A stretch of DNA of 64,000 nucleotides from Macrostomum lignano (lineage: Eukaryota): NCBI GenBank assembly GCA_002269645.1, contig NIVC01000139.1, forward strand, positions 62,001 through 126,000, read 5' to 3'. Positions 12,120 through 25,134 of this stretch are shown one piece after another. The position numbers and the translations under genes are program-made. The notes beneath the pieces were generated by a model. It searched no databases. It worked only from the letters and a program-made list of their open reading frames with translations, and was not told the DNA's origin. Each line of letters opens with the position of its first letter. Position 1 is the stretch's first letter.

Positions 12120-13162
12120 TAGCATTTTGCAAGCTAGTAGAGAATGCGAGCAAACAATTAAATAATCGATAGCAGTCAGTGGAATTTTTTACAGTCTATG
12201 GTCAAAGCCATGGCCATTCCTGCAACCAAATAAATGGTTGCAGGTTCAATGGTTCCAAATAAATGGTGAATATATTCCCCATTTATACCAGTGCTAGGGC
12301 AATAAATGCTTGAGTGACTTGTTTATTGACACGAAAGCATTTTTGCCCTAGACACGAAAGCATTTTACGTAACAGGGAAAGCGGGGTCAAGGGGGCACCT
12401 AGCCCCCTTGCGGGGGTGTGGTGGCAGAGCCCCCACATTTAAGAACGTTGAGAAAATTTTTAAAAAATGATTTGATGTCTATGGTCCATAGCAGAATTTC
12501 TACACAATTCTCTCTAAGAAGCCAAGCCAAGCCAAGTCAAGTGAGCAGTTAGAAGCAGCGTTTTAATATTGTCTTTGGGCGAGTGAAATATTTAATATTG
12601 TCTTTGGGCGAGTGAAATAAACCGTTTATCTGCACCGATGCAAATAAATGAAATTTACACTGAGACCATAGACGTTCGCCCGGGGCAAGTGGGGGATACA
12701 TAATGCGAGCACGCAATTGATCAATTTTCTCAGTTTTTATGTGAACCAATCTCGATAGCAACTCGAATGGATGCAATCGACATCGAGGATGACGAAATTC
12801 TGGAGGAGGATGGAGAGAGTTTTGTCACCGCGGAGGACGCTCCTAGAGAACCAGTTCAGGCGGCAGCAGCACGGGGTCCGTACACCAAGATAAGCAACGA
12901 AAAATATGAACTGGTAGTGTATGGTGGCTTATTAAATATACAGTATCACGGTTGGCCGTCGATCTTTGAACTTTGATCTTTGAAGAGCAATAGAAATTTG
13001 CTAAGTACTGAGAAATTTATCAATTGCGTGCCCGCATTATTTATTTGGCTGCAGTAATGCTCATGGCTTTGACCATAGACGATAAGAAAATCCATTGATT
13101 TTGCCATCAATTATTTAATTGCTTGCTCGCATTCTCATTCTCTACTAGCTTGCAAAATGCTA
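12120..13162 (+). mobile_element. Deleted IS630-Tc1-type element in a RPGRIP1L intron
   Basis: TA|TAGCATTTTGC...GCAAAATGCTA|TA. The left TIR is interrupted by an insertion of about 460 bp (about 12240-12695). The internal ORF fragment ends RGPYTKISNEK, similar to the N-termini of the other transposases. Confidence 0.7.
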
Positions 13163-14143
13163 TATTAACTAAATACAGAATGTTAGATACAGAATACAGA
13201 ATACATTAAAATGTTAGTAAAAGGCTTCATTACCATAGACACAGCTAAAGCAAGCGGCCTTTTCTACAATTTCTACCATTCGCGAGTGTAACGTCCTGAG
13301 TTGTTAAGTTGGTCCTTGCAGTCGGATAGCAGGTGATCTTCAAAAGATCCTTAGATACAGAAATCTGAATTTTGTGGTTCAAACGGTTCAGAGGCAGCCA
13401 TTTGGGTGTATCTGACTCATGCAGAGATTTAGGCTTTAACTCGCATGCTCTCACGCTTGAAATGACATTCATCACTTCTGGTGAAGCTTCAGAGAGGAGG
13501 AGTAGCTTTGCATCTCACGTAAAATCTTATTCATTGTTTTCTTATTTGTCATCTTGAATTTTTTATTGCGCGTGTATCGTGGCACAATAAGCATGTCTCT
13601 CGCGCCCTGCTCCAACCCTCCAGTTTTCTCGAACGTACGTACATCGATCACGATGCCTGGCACCTCATCCTGCTGTACATTTGCACTAAAATTACACATG
13701 TAGCTAAAATCAAATATAATAAAATTGATGCCTAGGGCCTTCCTTTCCTTTCCTTCCCCCTCCTTTCGTTCCCGCCCGTTGTTGGCTACTTTCAAACTCT
13801 ACTTAACAACCTAAATCTGCTCTACTATTTAAGTTTCCTGTTTTTTTCTGCTTCTCCCTCGGACGTGGGACCTGGGGTCGCGGCTTCAGTCACAGGAGGT
13901 CGGAGCGCTCCTGTGGATGGGCGCACAACACATGCTGTTTTGGAGTGGGGATAAACAGAAAAGTGAAGCTAAAATTTCTTTTGAATGACACTAACTACGA
14001 AGCAAATGATAAATAAGGAAAGAGAAAAGAACCAGAAAATTCTGCTTTAGGCATTCCTTCTAACTGCAGTTATTTGCAGTACTGATTTACGGTTTCGCTT
14101 GCTTGTTCTTTAAAGTACTGAATTTCTGGCTACACTCTCTTAC

Positions 14144-14523
14144 CTGCCCATCAACTTGTCATTTGCTTCTTTCAGCAATTTGGCCTCCTTGTTGGCATCC
14201 TCTAGAGCATGCTCGAGCTCCATCACCCGCCTTCTCAAGGTTTGGCCTGCAGTAGAACTTTCCTTCAAGCTCTCTGCCTCCTGGTCTCGCCTGCGTCCCT
14301 CCATGGTCAATCTTTCCAGCTCGTTTTGGAGCCGAGAGCTTGTTTCCAGTGCCTGCCTCTCGCGCTCCTCATGTGCATCGCAGCGGGCCTGTAGGTGCTC
14401 TACCATGGCGGATTTTTCTCGCACCTCCCGCTGCAGTTTAACCTTTTCAAGATCATCCTGCATTGTCAGTCGCTTATCGTTGCCCACCTGGAGCCGTGCC
14501 GTTTCCAGCTCAGAATGGAGATC
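14144..14523 (-). CDS. RPGRIP1L: RPGRIP1L coding exon 3 (coiled coil)
   Basis: Acceptor cattcag|GAT (DLHSELETARLQ...LKEANDKLMG); donor AG|gtaag, phase 2. Confidence 0.75.
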
Positions 14524-14631
14524 CTGAATGATTGGGAATTCGAACTCGTGTAATCCTTGAAGCGTTTTGTTTAGCACAATTTTCGAGTACAAACTTCTTC
14601 GTAATAATATAAAATGAACAAAAGTACGTAC

Positions 14632-14979
14632 TTGCACTCGCCGCTGATGCTCCATTTCCTGCGCATAAAGCTTGTCTTTGAGACTCTCGATTTCCGCCAG
14701 AAGTTGTCCGTTCTCCGTTTGCAACCGGAGCTTTGTATCATCCTGGCGGCCGAGGCTGCGCTGCGGACGGAGACCCGGTGGCGGCTGGAGAACTCGCGTG
14801 TTGGTTGAGGTGCGTTTGATGGTAGGAGACTCCAGTTTTGATTGCAGCAGCGTCAACCTTTGTTGCAAATGAGCCACCTGCTTTTCCAGCTCGATGTTGC
14901 GCATTTCGAGTTTTGCTACCTGATCCGTTGCCCGTAACTCAGCTGCGCCAGCGCCAACCTTTGCTTGTTGTTGCCTGAT
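14632..14979 (-). CDS. RPGRIP1L: RPGRIP1L coding exon 2 (coiled coil)
   Basis: Acceptor tttcacag|ATC, phase 0, reads IRQQQAKV...MRNIELEKQVAHLQQRL; donor CAA|gtacgt. Confidence 0.75.
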
Positions 14980-15612
14980 CTGTGAAATAAATCACAAAAT
15001 GTCTCTGTTTATCTGTAAAATCCTGATGATGCCATTTTAGTGACCGTTTTTCGAGACCTAAAGTGTGTTCTTTAACGCTGCATTACCAGCAGCAGATTAC
15101 GGTTTCTAAACAGCAAAAACATACTTTGCGATTTTGATGGCTTTTTAAGAGAAGCATAATGGTGATTTTTGTTGTTTTTCTGCAAACATGCAACTACAAG
15201 GAAATAATTTTTATGACTGTCGTGCCGTGAATTTGGCTTAAAACTCAATAAAACTCAATGTTTATTTTAACTAGCAAGTAGCTTATTAAATAATGACACG
15301 AGCAGGGGCTGAGAGAACACCGAAATAAAGTCACGTGATGATAAATAACTACGTACAAGTACATGGCGGCTTAGGGGATGGCCAGTCAGAGCGAAGGGAG
15401 AGAAAAGAATGGTGTGCACGTACGATGCACGTACATAGCATAAGTTAGTTAGTTAGCCAGTGCCTAGAGCTCAGCGCTCCGGCACCACAATGACGTTGCC
15501 ACTCAGCGTGTACGAGCGTATACAAATGCTCAAGTTTAGCGATAGCTGTTTTTTTATTTTTATAACGAATTTCATAACTATCAAGATCGTGGTTCCAAAC
15601 TCTTGCACTTAC

Positions 15613-15888
15613 CTCGTCTTGTCTCTTCTTTAGCACCAGCTTGAACTCATGGATTTTTTCTTCTTGTTCTCTAAACTTCTCTTTTAGTTTGCTGTGGTCC
15701 TGATACAAACTGAGATATTTATCCTCCAGATCGTCCCTAGACCAGCGGCTTACAATGCCCTTGTCCAAAATGTGTCCAGAGCTGCCGTGAGCACTGTTAG
15801 CCGCATTCCAACTGCTTGCCAGGGGCCGGGTTGGATCCTGACGACTACGCTTGACTGGCGACTGGGCTTGCTCTGCCTGTGCTGCCAT
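15613..15888 (-). CDS. RPGRIP1L: RPGRIP1L (fantom/MKS5) coding exon 1
   Basis: MAAQAEQ...SRDDLEDKYLSLYQDHSKLKEKFREQEEKI resembles the RPGRIP1/RPGRIP1L N-terminal coiled coil. ATG is preceded by ccttgcag|cc; donor GAG|gtaag at 15612. Model: 15888-15613, 14979-14632, 14523-14144, 11448-11220 (or 11201), 2533-1068, with compatible phases. Confidence 0.8.
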
Positions 15889-17704
15889 GGCTGCAAGGTG
15901 ACGAATGTGTGGTGGACTCTTTGAACATTGATAACTTGAGAGTCCAACTAAATCATCCAAAAAACTATCAATAGCGCCAAGTTCGAAATTGGCCTAGGAA
16001 TTTTGAAAGTGATTGTTGTACTCTATTATACCTTGCGCCCTACGCCCCTGTCTATTTATATTGTACATCAAACTAATGTACATCCACAATACTCAAGTGC
16101 ACGTTGCTCTCTGAGCGAACCCTTAGATCTCAAATACATTATTTGATAAATATATTTATGAATATCAATAGAGATATAAGAAACGTACAACATATCAAAA
16201 GATGAACACTAAGTCTGCCTCCTATCGAAATCAATAACAATTTTTGTGCTGAAAAAATGAAAACTTCCTATCTCCGTAGTGTATTTTTCGGCGAAAAGTT
16301 GCCTTAAAAAATTGCCATAGATTTTGAGTGTTGCGTCCTTCTACTTAAGTTGTCTTTGGCCTAACGATAAAAAATTAAAAAACTCCTGTGCGAGTGTGTG
16401 CCTGTGCATATGACTGCATATGTATCTGCACGCTTGTGTGCCTGCTCAGGGGAGTTGGCAGAATCAGAAGTACATGTAATGCCTCTCTTGTCATTTGTGT
16501 GAAAATGTTGTTTAAAGTGCACAAGGGTGCACACAGTTCTACCTCTAATAAAAGGAACTTCTTATTAAACAATAAAAATTAAATACCAATTATAAAATAC
16601 TTCTAAATGTTACAATGAGCTTTGGAGGTTAGGTGACTATTATAGAGGTTAAAATAGAGCTTGCAATATTCTATTTGATAACAACTGATAGAAATTAAAT
16701 AAATGAAATAATGAAATAAACAGAGATTAAAATATGTGCATTTAATAACATGACAAAAATATTACAAGTCAAACTAAAAAAAATCCAAATAAAATTCTGC
16801 TAGGTGCAAGGATGTCAGATATATAGGCTCATAGTACCAATAATTTGTAAATGAAACTATCCTCATAGAATATGGTCATTAAGAAACAACATGATTTTGT
16901 AAATTGATTTGAGTATTTAAAACTAGCAATACAAATTTGAAAAGAACTATCAAGCAAATAGATAATTTTGATTTTAGAGAGCCAGGGAAGAATATGATGA
17001 TGTGTTGTTATGATAAAACTGTGCGTTTTGGTTATAGCAGTCTCGTAAATTGCAGTTTTGGTCAAAATCTACTAAAACTCTTTGCAAGCAGGTTTGATCT
17101 TTTAAGCTAGAGACAGGTTGCTAAAGTACTCGTAATCACAATTTAACTAATTAGCTAAAAAATTGATTGTAGAAAAAACTTTAGAATACATTCAGTACTA
17201 CTTACTAAATAAAAGGCATAACATATATTTTCTTTCCTATTTAAAAGTTTACAAATCTATATTATGATATGTTATGCACAGGTATATTCCACGACAAAGA
17301 CATCATTTTAGTTGCAAAGTAAATATTAATGTTGTGAAACCTCAAAATAACCTCAAGATGTGCTTTATTCTTTAAGCTTTAAAGAAGCTTTAACTTAAGC
17401 TTTCTTAAGCCTTTAAAGCACGTTTCTGCGCTGAGTTCGATTAAACACAAGTTACGAACAATTACCGTAATACCTTTGCAACTATAAAATTTACTTAACA
17501 ATGGCTTAATTTATTTAGCATTAGACTTTATACTTTAGATCACAGTATAGTTCTACAACCTATTATTTAAGAAAGGTTACAGTTGGGTTATATGACAGTT
17601 AAACTTCTATGTGAGCACATTTATGATATTTAGACTTGGCTACCTTTAACGAACCTCAGGTTTTAATTTTTATTTTATTTTTACCGTACTGCACATTTGA
17701 CCTA

Positions 17705-17965
17705 GGGCCTTTTCATATTACCAATTCCAGAACCAGAATCGGTTCGGAATTCCAAGAAAAACAGTCAGTATAACTATTAAACTCTGTTAATATTTGACTG
17801 CCTTAACAACCTAACTTAGCACAATTTTTCACTTTCTTCTTGGCGATTGTCATTCAATAATAAAAACTTTATAGCACTTATCTCCCTCTAGTTATGGAGA
17901 CAAAAAGTTATACTTCACAAATTGGTTCTGGTTCTGGAACCAGAGCAAGCAATATGAAAAGGCCC
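17705..17965. mobile_element. MITE with 15-bp TIR (Harbinger-like GGGCC ends)
   Basis: gggccttttcatatt / aatatgaaaaggccc, plus inverted subterminal ccagaacc repeats. No clear TSD. Confidence 0.4.
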
Positions 17966-19079
17966 AGGCTAGTGTAATATTCGGGACCATTTCAGATAAA
18001 TTACAGCTCATTTTTCCTCTTAAAAGTTTTTAGTGTCAACCTCTTTGAAATCAGCCTTTCTACTTTCGAAGTTTTTACTACAAATTACTTTTCTTCTAGT
18101 TTTAATCTGAAAATTATTTACCATCATTTTTTTAAATTCGTTTCAAAAAGGTTTCCAATTTTGTTTTTCTGTTTGAAATAAATGCCGTAATTTTAATAGC
18201 CATCTTAGAGACTATTAGATAACAATCACTTCGGATTTATCATTCACATCACTATCAACTTATCAAATCATCTGAAGGTTGTTAGATCGCAAGAAATTTG
18301 ACCTATAGTAACTGATCGACTCGATCATGTGATCACAAGACATAATCGCAAATCTATTTTCATCAAAATTTAAGAGCGAATGATTTACTTTCTGTCCGCA
18401 CACAATTGGCAATCTACAGATAAACCCCACATTATACCCATTTGGCTTTAAAATCATTTCTACGCGTACAAGCTTCACTATATATCTCCAAATTAAGATT
18501 GCCACTGATGAAGTACATGTGACATAACCCGCGGGCTGCAAATGAAAACACCTTATGCAAAACCCCTTGTCTCTGGAGCTGAAAAGTACAGCCACCAGGC
18601 CTCATCCCCTAGACTTTGTCCGCCTCTGGATGGTGCAGTAGCTGACGTTGCGGCCAAGATCCCTTATCTAAACAGCGGGCCAGGGTTTTTTGAAGGTACA
18701 GGCAAGAGGCGTAGCCAACCACAAGTCAGCTGTGCAGGAGTAGTACTATACATGTACACGTACAAGTACAACCGGTAAAAACTCGCACTAACGGGACGGG
18801 ACTCCCGAGACTAAGGTTCTTGACCTTAACGGTGCAAGAAATGGCCGACTAAGGGACTCTATACGAGGCATACAAGGAAGTCTAGTCAGTTCTGGAAACG
18901 AGAACTTTTGCAATTGCATAGGGGTCTTTTTTATAGCTGGTGAGAAATAGGCTACAATTCCCTCCTAAGCCTTAAGATCCCGGGTGGATAGTAGATAACG
19001 CCATTTAAATATTTTTCCTCCTAGATGGGTTCGATGCGGTAGGGCATAGGGGGTAAGTGCAGTTCCCAGAGCTCTCTCG

Positions 19080-19815
19080 TGGTGCACATCCTACGGGGAC
19101 TTTTTTTCGAGGCACTCCGCCGTAGCTCCTCCAAGCTTGTGGGGAGCTGGGCTATGTACCAGTTGCGTGGAGAGAGGCCCAGTTTGTTTTCATCCCCAAG
19201 ACTAAGAAGAGCGACTACCAATTGGTGAAGGCCTTCAGGTCTATCAGCCTCACCTCTTTCTGCCTTAAGTTCCTCGAAAGGCTGGTACTTTGGCGCTTAT
19301 CCCGCACTCCGATCTCTGCCTCAAGACTCTTGAGGAGTGTGGCGGATTCAACATACTCACGGACTCGATCCCAGCCACTATTCAGCCTCGACACGAAGCG
19401 AGTGACAGCTGGAGCGATTCTGAAGTCCACTGTTACACTGACGACTCAATGAGGCATGGTCTTTCAGGCTTCGGAGCATGCGTCTTCTTCAAGGGAGAAG
19501 CGGTGTGAAGCTACTCCCAGCACACTGGATCAAAGTCAGTGTTTTTCAGAGCGAGGTGCTTGTCATCAGCTTCTGTGCGGCAGAGCTGCGCCGACGGCAG
19601 CTTAGCGGCGGGAAATTAATTTTTTACTCTGACGGCCAAGCAGTCCTTCGGGCCCTCTGCCGCAGCAGCACCACCAGCTTCAGACCTGTCCTGGACTGCA
19701 ACGCCCAGCTTAACGGGCTTGCGCTAGGCAACCAGGTAGAGCTCAGATGGATCCCCGGGCCACGCTGGTTTCCTCGGCAACAAGCGCGCTGACCCGCTGG
19801 CCAAGGCTGTCTGAG
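19080..19815 (+). mobile_element. Degenerate non-LTR retrotransposon fragment (RT start plus RNase H; R1/LOA-like)
   Basis: FRSISLTSFCLKFLERL (RT domain 1-2), VHCYTDDS, SVFQSEV, IFYSDGQA and VELRWIPG, split across frames. Confidence 0.75.
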
Positions 19816-19939
19816 GAGGTGAGGAGGGTTAGTGCAGGCGAGACCGACGATGCCCCCTGCAGCTATGTCAAGTAAGCCAAGGGCTTACCCTAAGCCTCCG
19901 AGCGCATCTTAAGCGGGTCAAGTCAAGTATGCCAAAGTA

Positions 19940-20163
19940 CACCTTTTCACGTTCAATTTTGAACAAAGTCCAGTTCTAAAAAAACTAGCGGAAATTCAAT
20001 TCAGACAATTCAGACTGGGGCAACAAACCCCAGTTCAAAACATTCTGCTACGGAAGCGAGGTTTAGCCATAGACATAATTGTCCCCAGTCTGAATTGTCT
20101 GAATTGAATTTCCGCTAGTTTTTTTAGAACTGGACTTTGTTCAAAATTGAACGTGAAAAGGTG
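19940..20163. mobile_element. 224-bp TA-flanked MITE with about 85-bp TIRs
   Basis: TA|CACCTTTTCACG...CGTGAAAAGGTG|TA; the termini resemble those of the IS630-Tc1 elements in this window. Confidence 0.8.
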
Positions 20164-20949
20164 TAGTAGGGGCATACGACTCGGATTCTGTTATCTCTAG
20201 AAGACGCCCTTCCTAGAGGACCGTATTGTTATAATGTTAATTATGATTATAGTATAAGGGCGCATTTTGATATTGAATTCCGAGCTCTAGAAATATATTA
20301 ACGATGACGAATCGAATTGATGCGTTCACTAAAGTTGCTCTCGTACACGGCTGACTTTAGATTTCAAGAAAGGTAAGTGATCACTAAATTCTGTTCCCAG
20401 ACTAGCAGTCTAGAAGTGGGAGATTTCGAGTGACTGATCACCATGCTCTTAAAATCTTCAGACGTAACAACATTTACAACATGTACGAGCTATACATGCT
20501 TACTACTGACGGGGGGCAGGGCACCGCAATTAGGTGTTCCGCCACCTCTCTATAGCAGCAGAAGAACTCGCAAGAGTGGCGTTTGCGATCTTCATCGGAC
20601 GGGAGTCCCAGAAAAATGCACAAAGGTCTGGTGAGGTTAGCTCGTTAAGAAGAATGGGCAGAATGTGAAGTGATGAGCCGCTCCTCTAAGCCACTCAAGG
20701 GATAAATGGAGGAGCAACCACTTTGTAGTGATATCTGTCTCTGGAAAAAACCTCGGGATAACAATGGGTTATTTTTAAAACAGAAAAATGGAGTAATTCT
20801 TTCTTAAAACAACGCGAACAAGAAAGAATAAGCGCAATATTATACTCGTATTAATGGTGAAAATTAGTCTCCTTAAGTACAGCAGAATTGTCTCAGTACC
20901 ATCCTCCATTATTACAGTTGGCAATTGTTGAGATTACAATTTTTATTAT

Positions 20950-21435
20950 TAAGATACTCCGGCCGTTCATCTCCCGACCATCAGCCACATGATCACTTCT
21001 TCTTGCGCGATGGAGCTCTGTATGCTGATGTCGGCAGGCATTGTTACATGACCGTGGGTCTATGCGTTTTCTCCGATGTTCAGAGCACGCGAAACTGCAT
21101 TTTTGCAAGGACTTTTCCCGCTTCATCGCCAGGTAGCGCCGGACGGTGCTCTCGGACTTTCGACCCGTAATAGCCATGATCTCGCTCATTGAATGCCCTT
21201 CCGATTCCAGGTCGCTCACTCTGCTGACTCTAGTCTAGAACGGAGCAGGAAGCAAGACCAGGGAAATTCTAATTATTTTCAATCATACAAAAAAGTACAT
21301 CGGAAAAGTCAAATATACTTTCATCTACCCACTAACTCACCACGGATGCTGATTTGTGTATTCCTTCGGCAGCTGGACTTCTTTACTCAGCCTTCTTGAA
21401 GGTCCTTAAGTACGAGGTTGTTGATTCCTCGCTTC
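20950..21435 (-). pseudogene. Crypton-like tyrosine recombinase remnant
   Basis: RGINNLVLKDL (about 21430-21400; R box) and VSDLESEGHSMSEIMAITGRKSESTVRRYL (TGHKS...Y box with H changed to R), with stops and frameshifts. Confidence 0.6.
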
Positions 21436-22861
21436 TTTGAAAAAGCTTTGAAAAAAATCGCTTTGAAAAATGCCTTGAAAAAAATCGCCTGGTGCCTCCG
21501 ATCCGACAATCCTCGTCAGTATCACTGTTCTCCAAGAAAGTGCAAGATACTTCAAGTAGAACCACTTAAAGTTAAAAAAGGTTAGGGTTAAAAAAATCTT
21601 CACTGTCCTTCATGTCCTTCTCAGATGAAGAGACTCACGAGATCCAATTTAGTTCAGTGCTAGTTGGCTAAGCTTTCGACATGTAGATTTGCCCAGTTGA
21701 TCAAATAATATTTCTCGTCCTCCTCTATGGTCAAGGTCATGTAGCCTATACGAGTATATGTAGTCAATGTTTCCTCTCTTCTCATCACTTAACGCAATCA
21801 ACCCCCTGCCTGTTTCAATCTAATTGTCTATGGCTTATCTTTTATGTCTATGGCCATCCACTGAAGTTAGACAATGAGGATATTCGTAAGTGAGACTTCA
21901 GGATAATCGCCTCATTCTCACTCGTGCGCTGCAACCTTCCATTGCCAGTAATTTCTAAGTTACGCTCGTATTGATGCAGGTCCGTAAATTAGGCCAGTCC
22001 AGAACACTCAAAGCTCAAACTGGCCCAGTCCCAATTTATATATTATTCTAACCAGGCGAGCGATGTGATGTGCAGTGTAGAACGCACACAAAGCTAGTGC
22101 GAATGAATCAAGAATTTTAGTATAATGAATGGACTGAGCCTGTGTTCACATTTAAAGTGAAACACCCGATACACAACGCGATACACAGGTAATTTTCATG
22201 CCAAACCCTAAACCCCAACCCAAACGCTAAGCCTAAGTCTAACCACGCACAACATATTTTTGCTATGCTTTTTGTGAAAAAGTAGCTTTGCAGTTTTATT
22301 TTGCACTTAGGGACTACTTAAAATGGTAAGTTCCTTTTTATATTCAGTATCTTTCAGCAGATTATCGTCTCCAAAGCTTTGCTGAAAAGTTTTGTTTTTA
22401 TTCCATAGGCAAACAAAGCTTGTCGAAAGTACCTGTATAAAAGTCGGAGCTCTAAAACACTTCTCCAGACTGAGCTCTCCTCAGTAAATTATACGCACTC
22501 TCCATAGCCTATTGTTTCTAAGCAGAAAGCAACCCACTCTACTCCGCATTTGATCAGAGGCTTGTGAGACATACTTTACATGCAGAGACACAGTGAGCAA
22601 GTGTAGATAGAGGAAAGCAAGTGCAGTGCAGTAACTAATGGCAACAGAGATAATTAGAATTGGGCATATGGTTTCTGGCTAGAAATGCATGCTCACAGTA
22701 TACAAGCAGGGTGGGTTGCGTTGCAGTCAGCCTTAGCAACCGGCCTCAGCGCAGTCGCTCACCCTACAATCTTAAACACTTAATACCTAAAGCTAGCTGC
22801 TATCCAGGCGCAGTCAGTCACTTGTTTATTTGAAAAAAGCGGACAGTGAACCACAATTCTC

Positions 22862-25134
22862 ATGTCGGGCAAAGCAGGAGGCGCCGCTGTAGTGGAGGCT
22901 ACTGTGATCAGCCAGTACAAGGGTGAGCAGCTTACTACAATAATTTAATAGAACTTACTGCATTACATGTATATTCAGGTCTATATGCATATTTATGTGT
23001 ACTTGGTTCACTTAACACTTACTGTATTTACTTACTGTTTTTTTCGGAAAGAGTAACTGACTCGATCATGCAGTATCTTTACATGTATTTTCCCAAACGA
23101 TTCTGCAGTAGTGCGACTCCTCCGTGCTGAAGCCTCCATTCATCTCGTAGCATTTTTCGAGAGCAAAATGTCAGCTAGTCAGCGAAATTTGAGTATACTA
23201 AAACGAGCTTAGACACTAAATGCTGAATCGCACTTTAGAATTTCGACTGAATAGCAAGAATATAAATTCAAAGAAAAATCAAACGAATACGTTACTATTT
23301 GTTTAAAATGCACATCTTACTCTTGCAGTGGACTACAAGCCGTGGCAGATGGAGCGGGTACACAAGGTGAAAAACCGGCCCCAGTGGGAGCCCCCCACTG
23401 GCCGCGTGGAAGGCAGGTCGGAGACAGCGGAGCAGTTTCTTACGCACAAAGTACAGCCCCGTGTTCAGAGGGAGCGAGCCGAGTGGCACCCTCCCGCTGA
23501 AAAATTTACTGGCGAGTCCGTCAACAGAACGGACTTTCAGCCTAAGTACCTCCGTGAGTTTTTTGCTTTCATTTTAAGGTTTTTTCAGTCAGCCAGTCAG
23601 CCAGCTATAATTTTGGAAATGTTGGACAATCAATGAACTTGAGTTGCTCTCTCCAATTGGTTCCTAACAGCAAAAGAACAGGCTGTCCGGCCAAAAGACG
23701 AGATCGAACGCACGAAGGCCCCTTTCGAGGGGGAGCCGCTTAGCAGGGAGGAATTTCGGAGCTGGCAGCAGCAGCCGCGGTACCGGCATGAGCAGCCAGC
23801 CTACCACAAGCCGGAGGGCGCCATGGAAACGAGCACCTCCTACTCCGCTGACTTTACTGCCGGCAAAACGATCGTTCGACTGCCTCCGATCCGACCCGCG
23901 ATCCGGATGGGGCCGGTAAAGCCGTTCCAGGGAGTCAGCGAGAGCGCCGAGCGGTACCGCGACTTCCAACCAGCCGATATGGCGGGCGCAAAGCAGGAAA
24001 GTTGCAGGCCGCAGCAGCAATACAGACCACCCAGCCGGCCGCTGGAAGGCCAGTCCTCCTACACTGGCGACTTCGCCGTTGACACTCAGACGAGGCCGGA
24101 GAGGACGCTGCCTGTACGGCACTCAGGCGAGTTGAAGCTGGCCGCTGAGCCAATGGAGACAGGAACCACCTGTCGTGGAGACTTCAAGCCTCCCGACCAG
24201 ATACAGCGCAGGTGAGCTTTGTATAAATTTTTATGATAATTCCTGATAAGCTGACTGTTGATACTAATTACACACCTAAGGTCCAAAGTATAGCTTTTTA
24301 GCTTTCTTAGAGCAACCATGAACGAATTCCCGACATAAATGTACACAAAAAGTACATCGAAACTATGAGTTAACTGTCCAGGTGAAGCTACATGTACGCA
24401 TACATTATCTATCCCAATTAACTAACCCAATTACATGTACACGAAGAACGGAGAACAAAAGGAACTTATAAAGACTTTGACACAGGTTTCTTAAAAATTG
24501 GCGACGTTATTCACCGAGTGCACTAAAAGGCTAAAAATACGATGCAGTGCTGCTCTTCCTCTACTACGAGGAAACGTACATGTGCATGTAGCTAGTTGAA
24601 AAGAACATGAAAAAATTGAGTTGCATCTGAGTAGCAAGACAAAAAATATATGTAAAAAGATCAAACGAATTGTACCAGATCAAAGCTTAACATCTGAGCT
24701 GCTCAAAGATGAACTTGAAGAATGAATGCAAGCTTTTATTTATTTCTAGTAAGAGCTATCAGCTATACAGCAAAACATCTTTATGACACAACAGACAGCC
24801 GATACAACATGGCGGAGAGTTGCATTGCCCAACTGATGCATTCTCGGGCCGAAGCACGCAGCAGGAGGACTTTAGCCCACGCTGGCAGCCTCGCCGCGAG
24901 CCAATCCGGCATAATGATGAGCTGCGGGTACCAGCGGATCCGTTTGTTGCGCGGACTGTGATGAAGGAAGACTACCTTGCCAGGCCAGGGCAGAGACCGG
25001 AAGCGGTGCGACAGCGCGGCGAGCTGCAGCTTTCGAGCGAGCCAATGTTTTCTACGACAACCAGTCGGGCTGTGTACACGCTGTGGCCCGCCACCGAGAC
25101 GACGACAGCAGGCAAGGGGACTACTGCAGGCTGA
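22862..25134 (+). CDS. SAXO1: SAXO/FAM154-family stabilizer of axonemal microtubules (4 exons, about 388 aa)
   Basis: Exons 22862-22922, 23329-23553, 23671-24211 and 24795-25134 have GT-AG borders and compatible phases. Repeated Mn-like motifs: DYKPW, TSTSYSADF, SSYTGDF, P.RH.GEL...P...TT. The paralog (SAXO1 vs SAXO2) is not resolved. Confidence 0.8.

Noticed and set aside
13472-13795. 107-aa minus-strand ORF inside a RPGRIP1L intron
   Set aside because: Exons 3 and 4 join in phase without it, and it has no recognisable RPGRIP1L similarity.
22200-22245. Telomere-like ccctaa/cctaac words
   Set aside because: Too short and degenerate to call an interstitial telomere or an element end.
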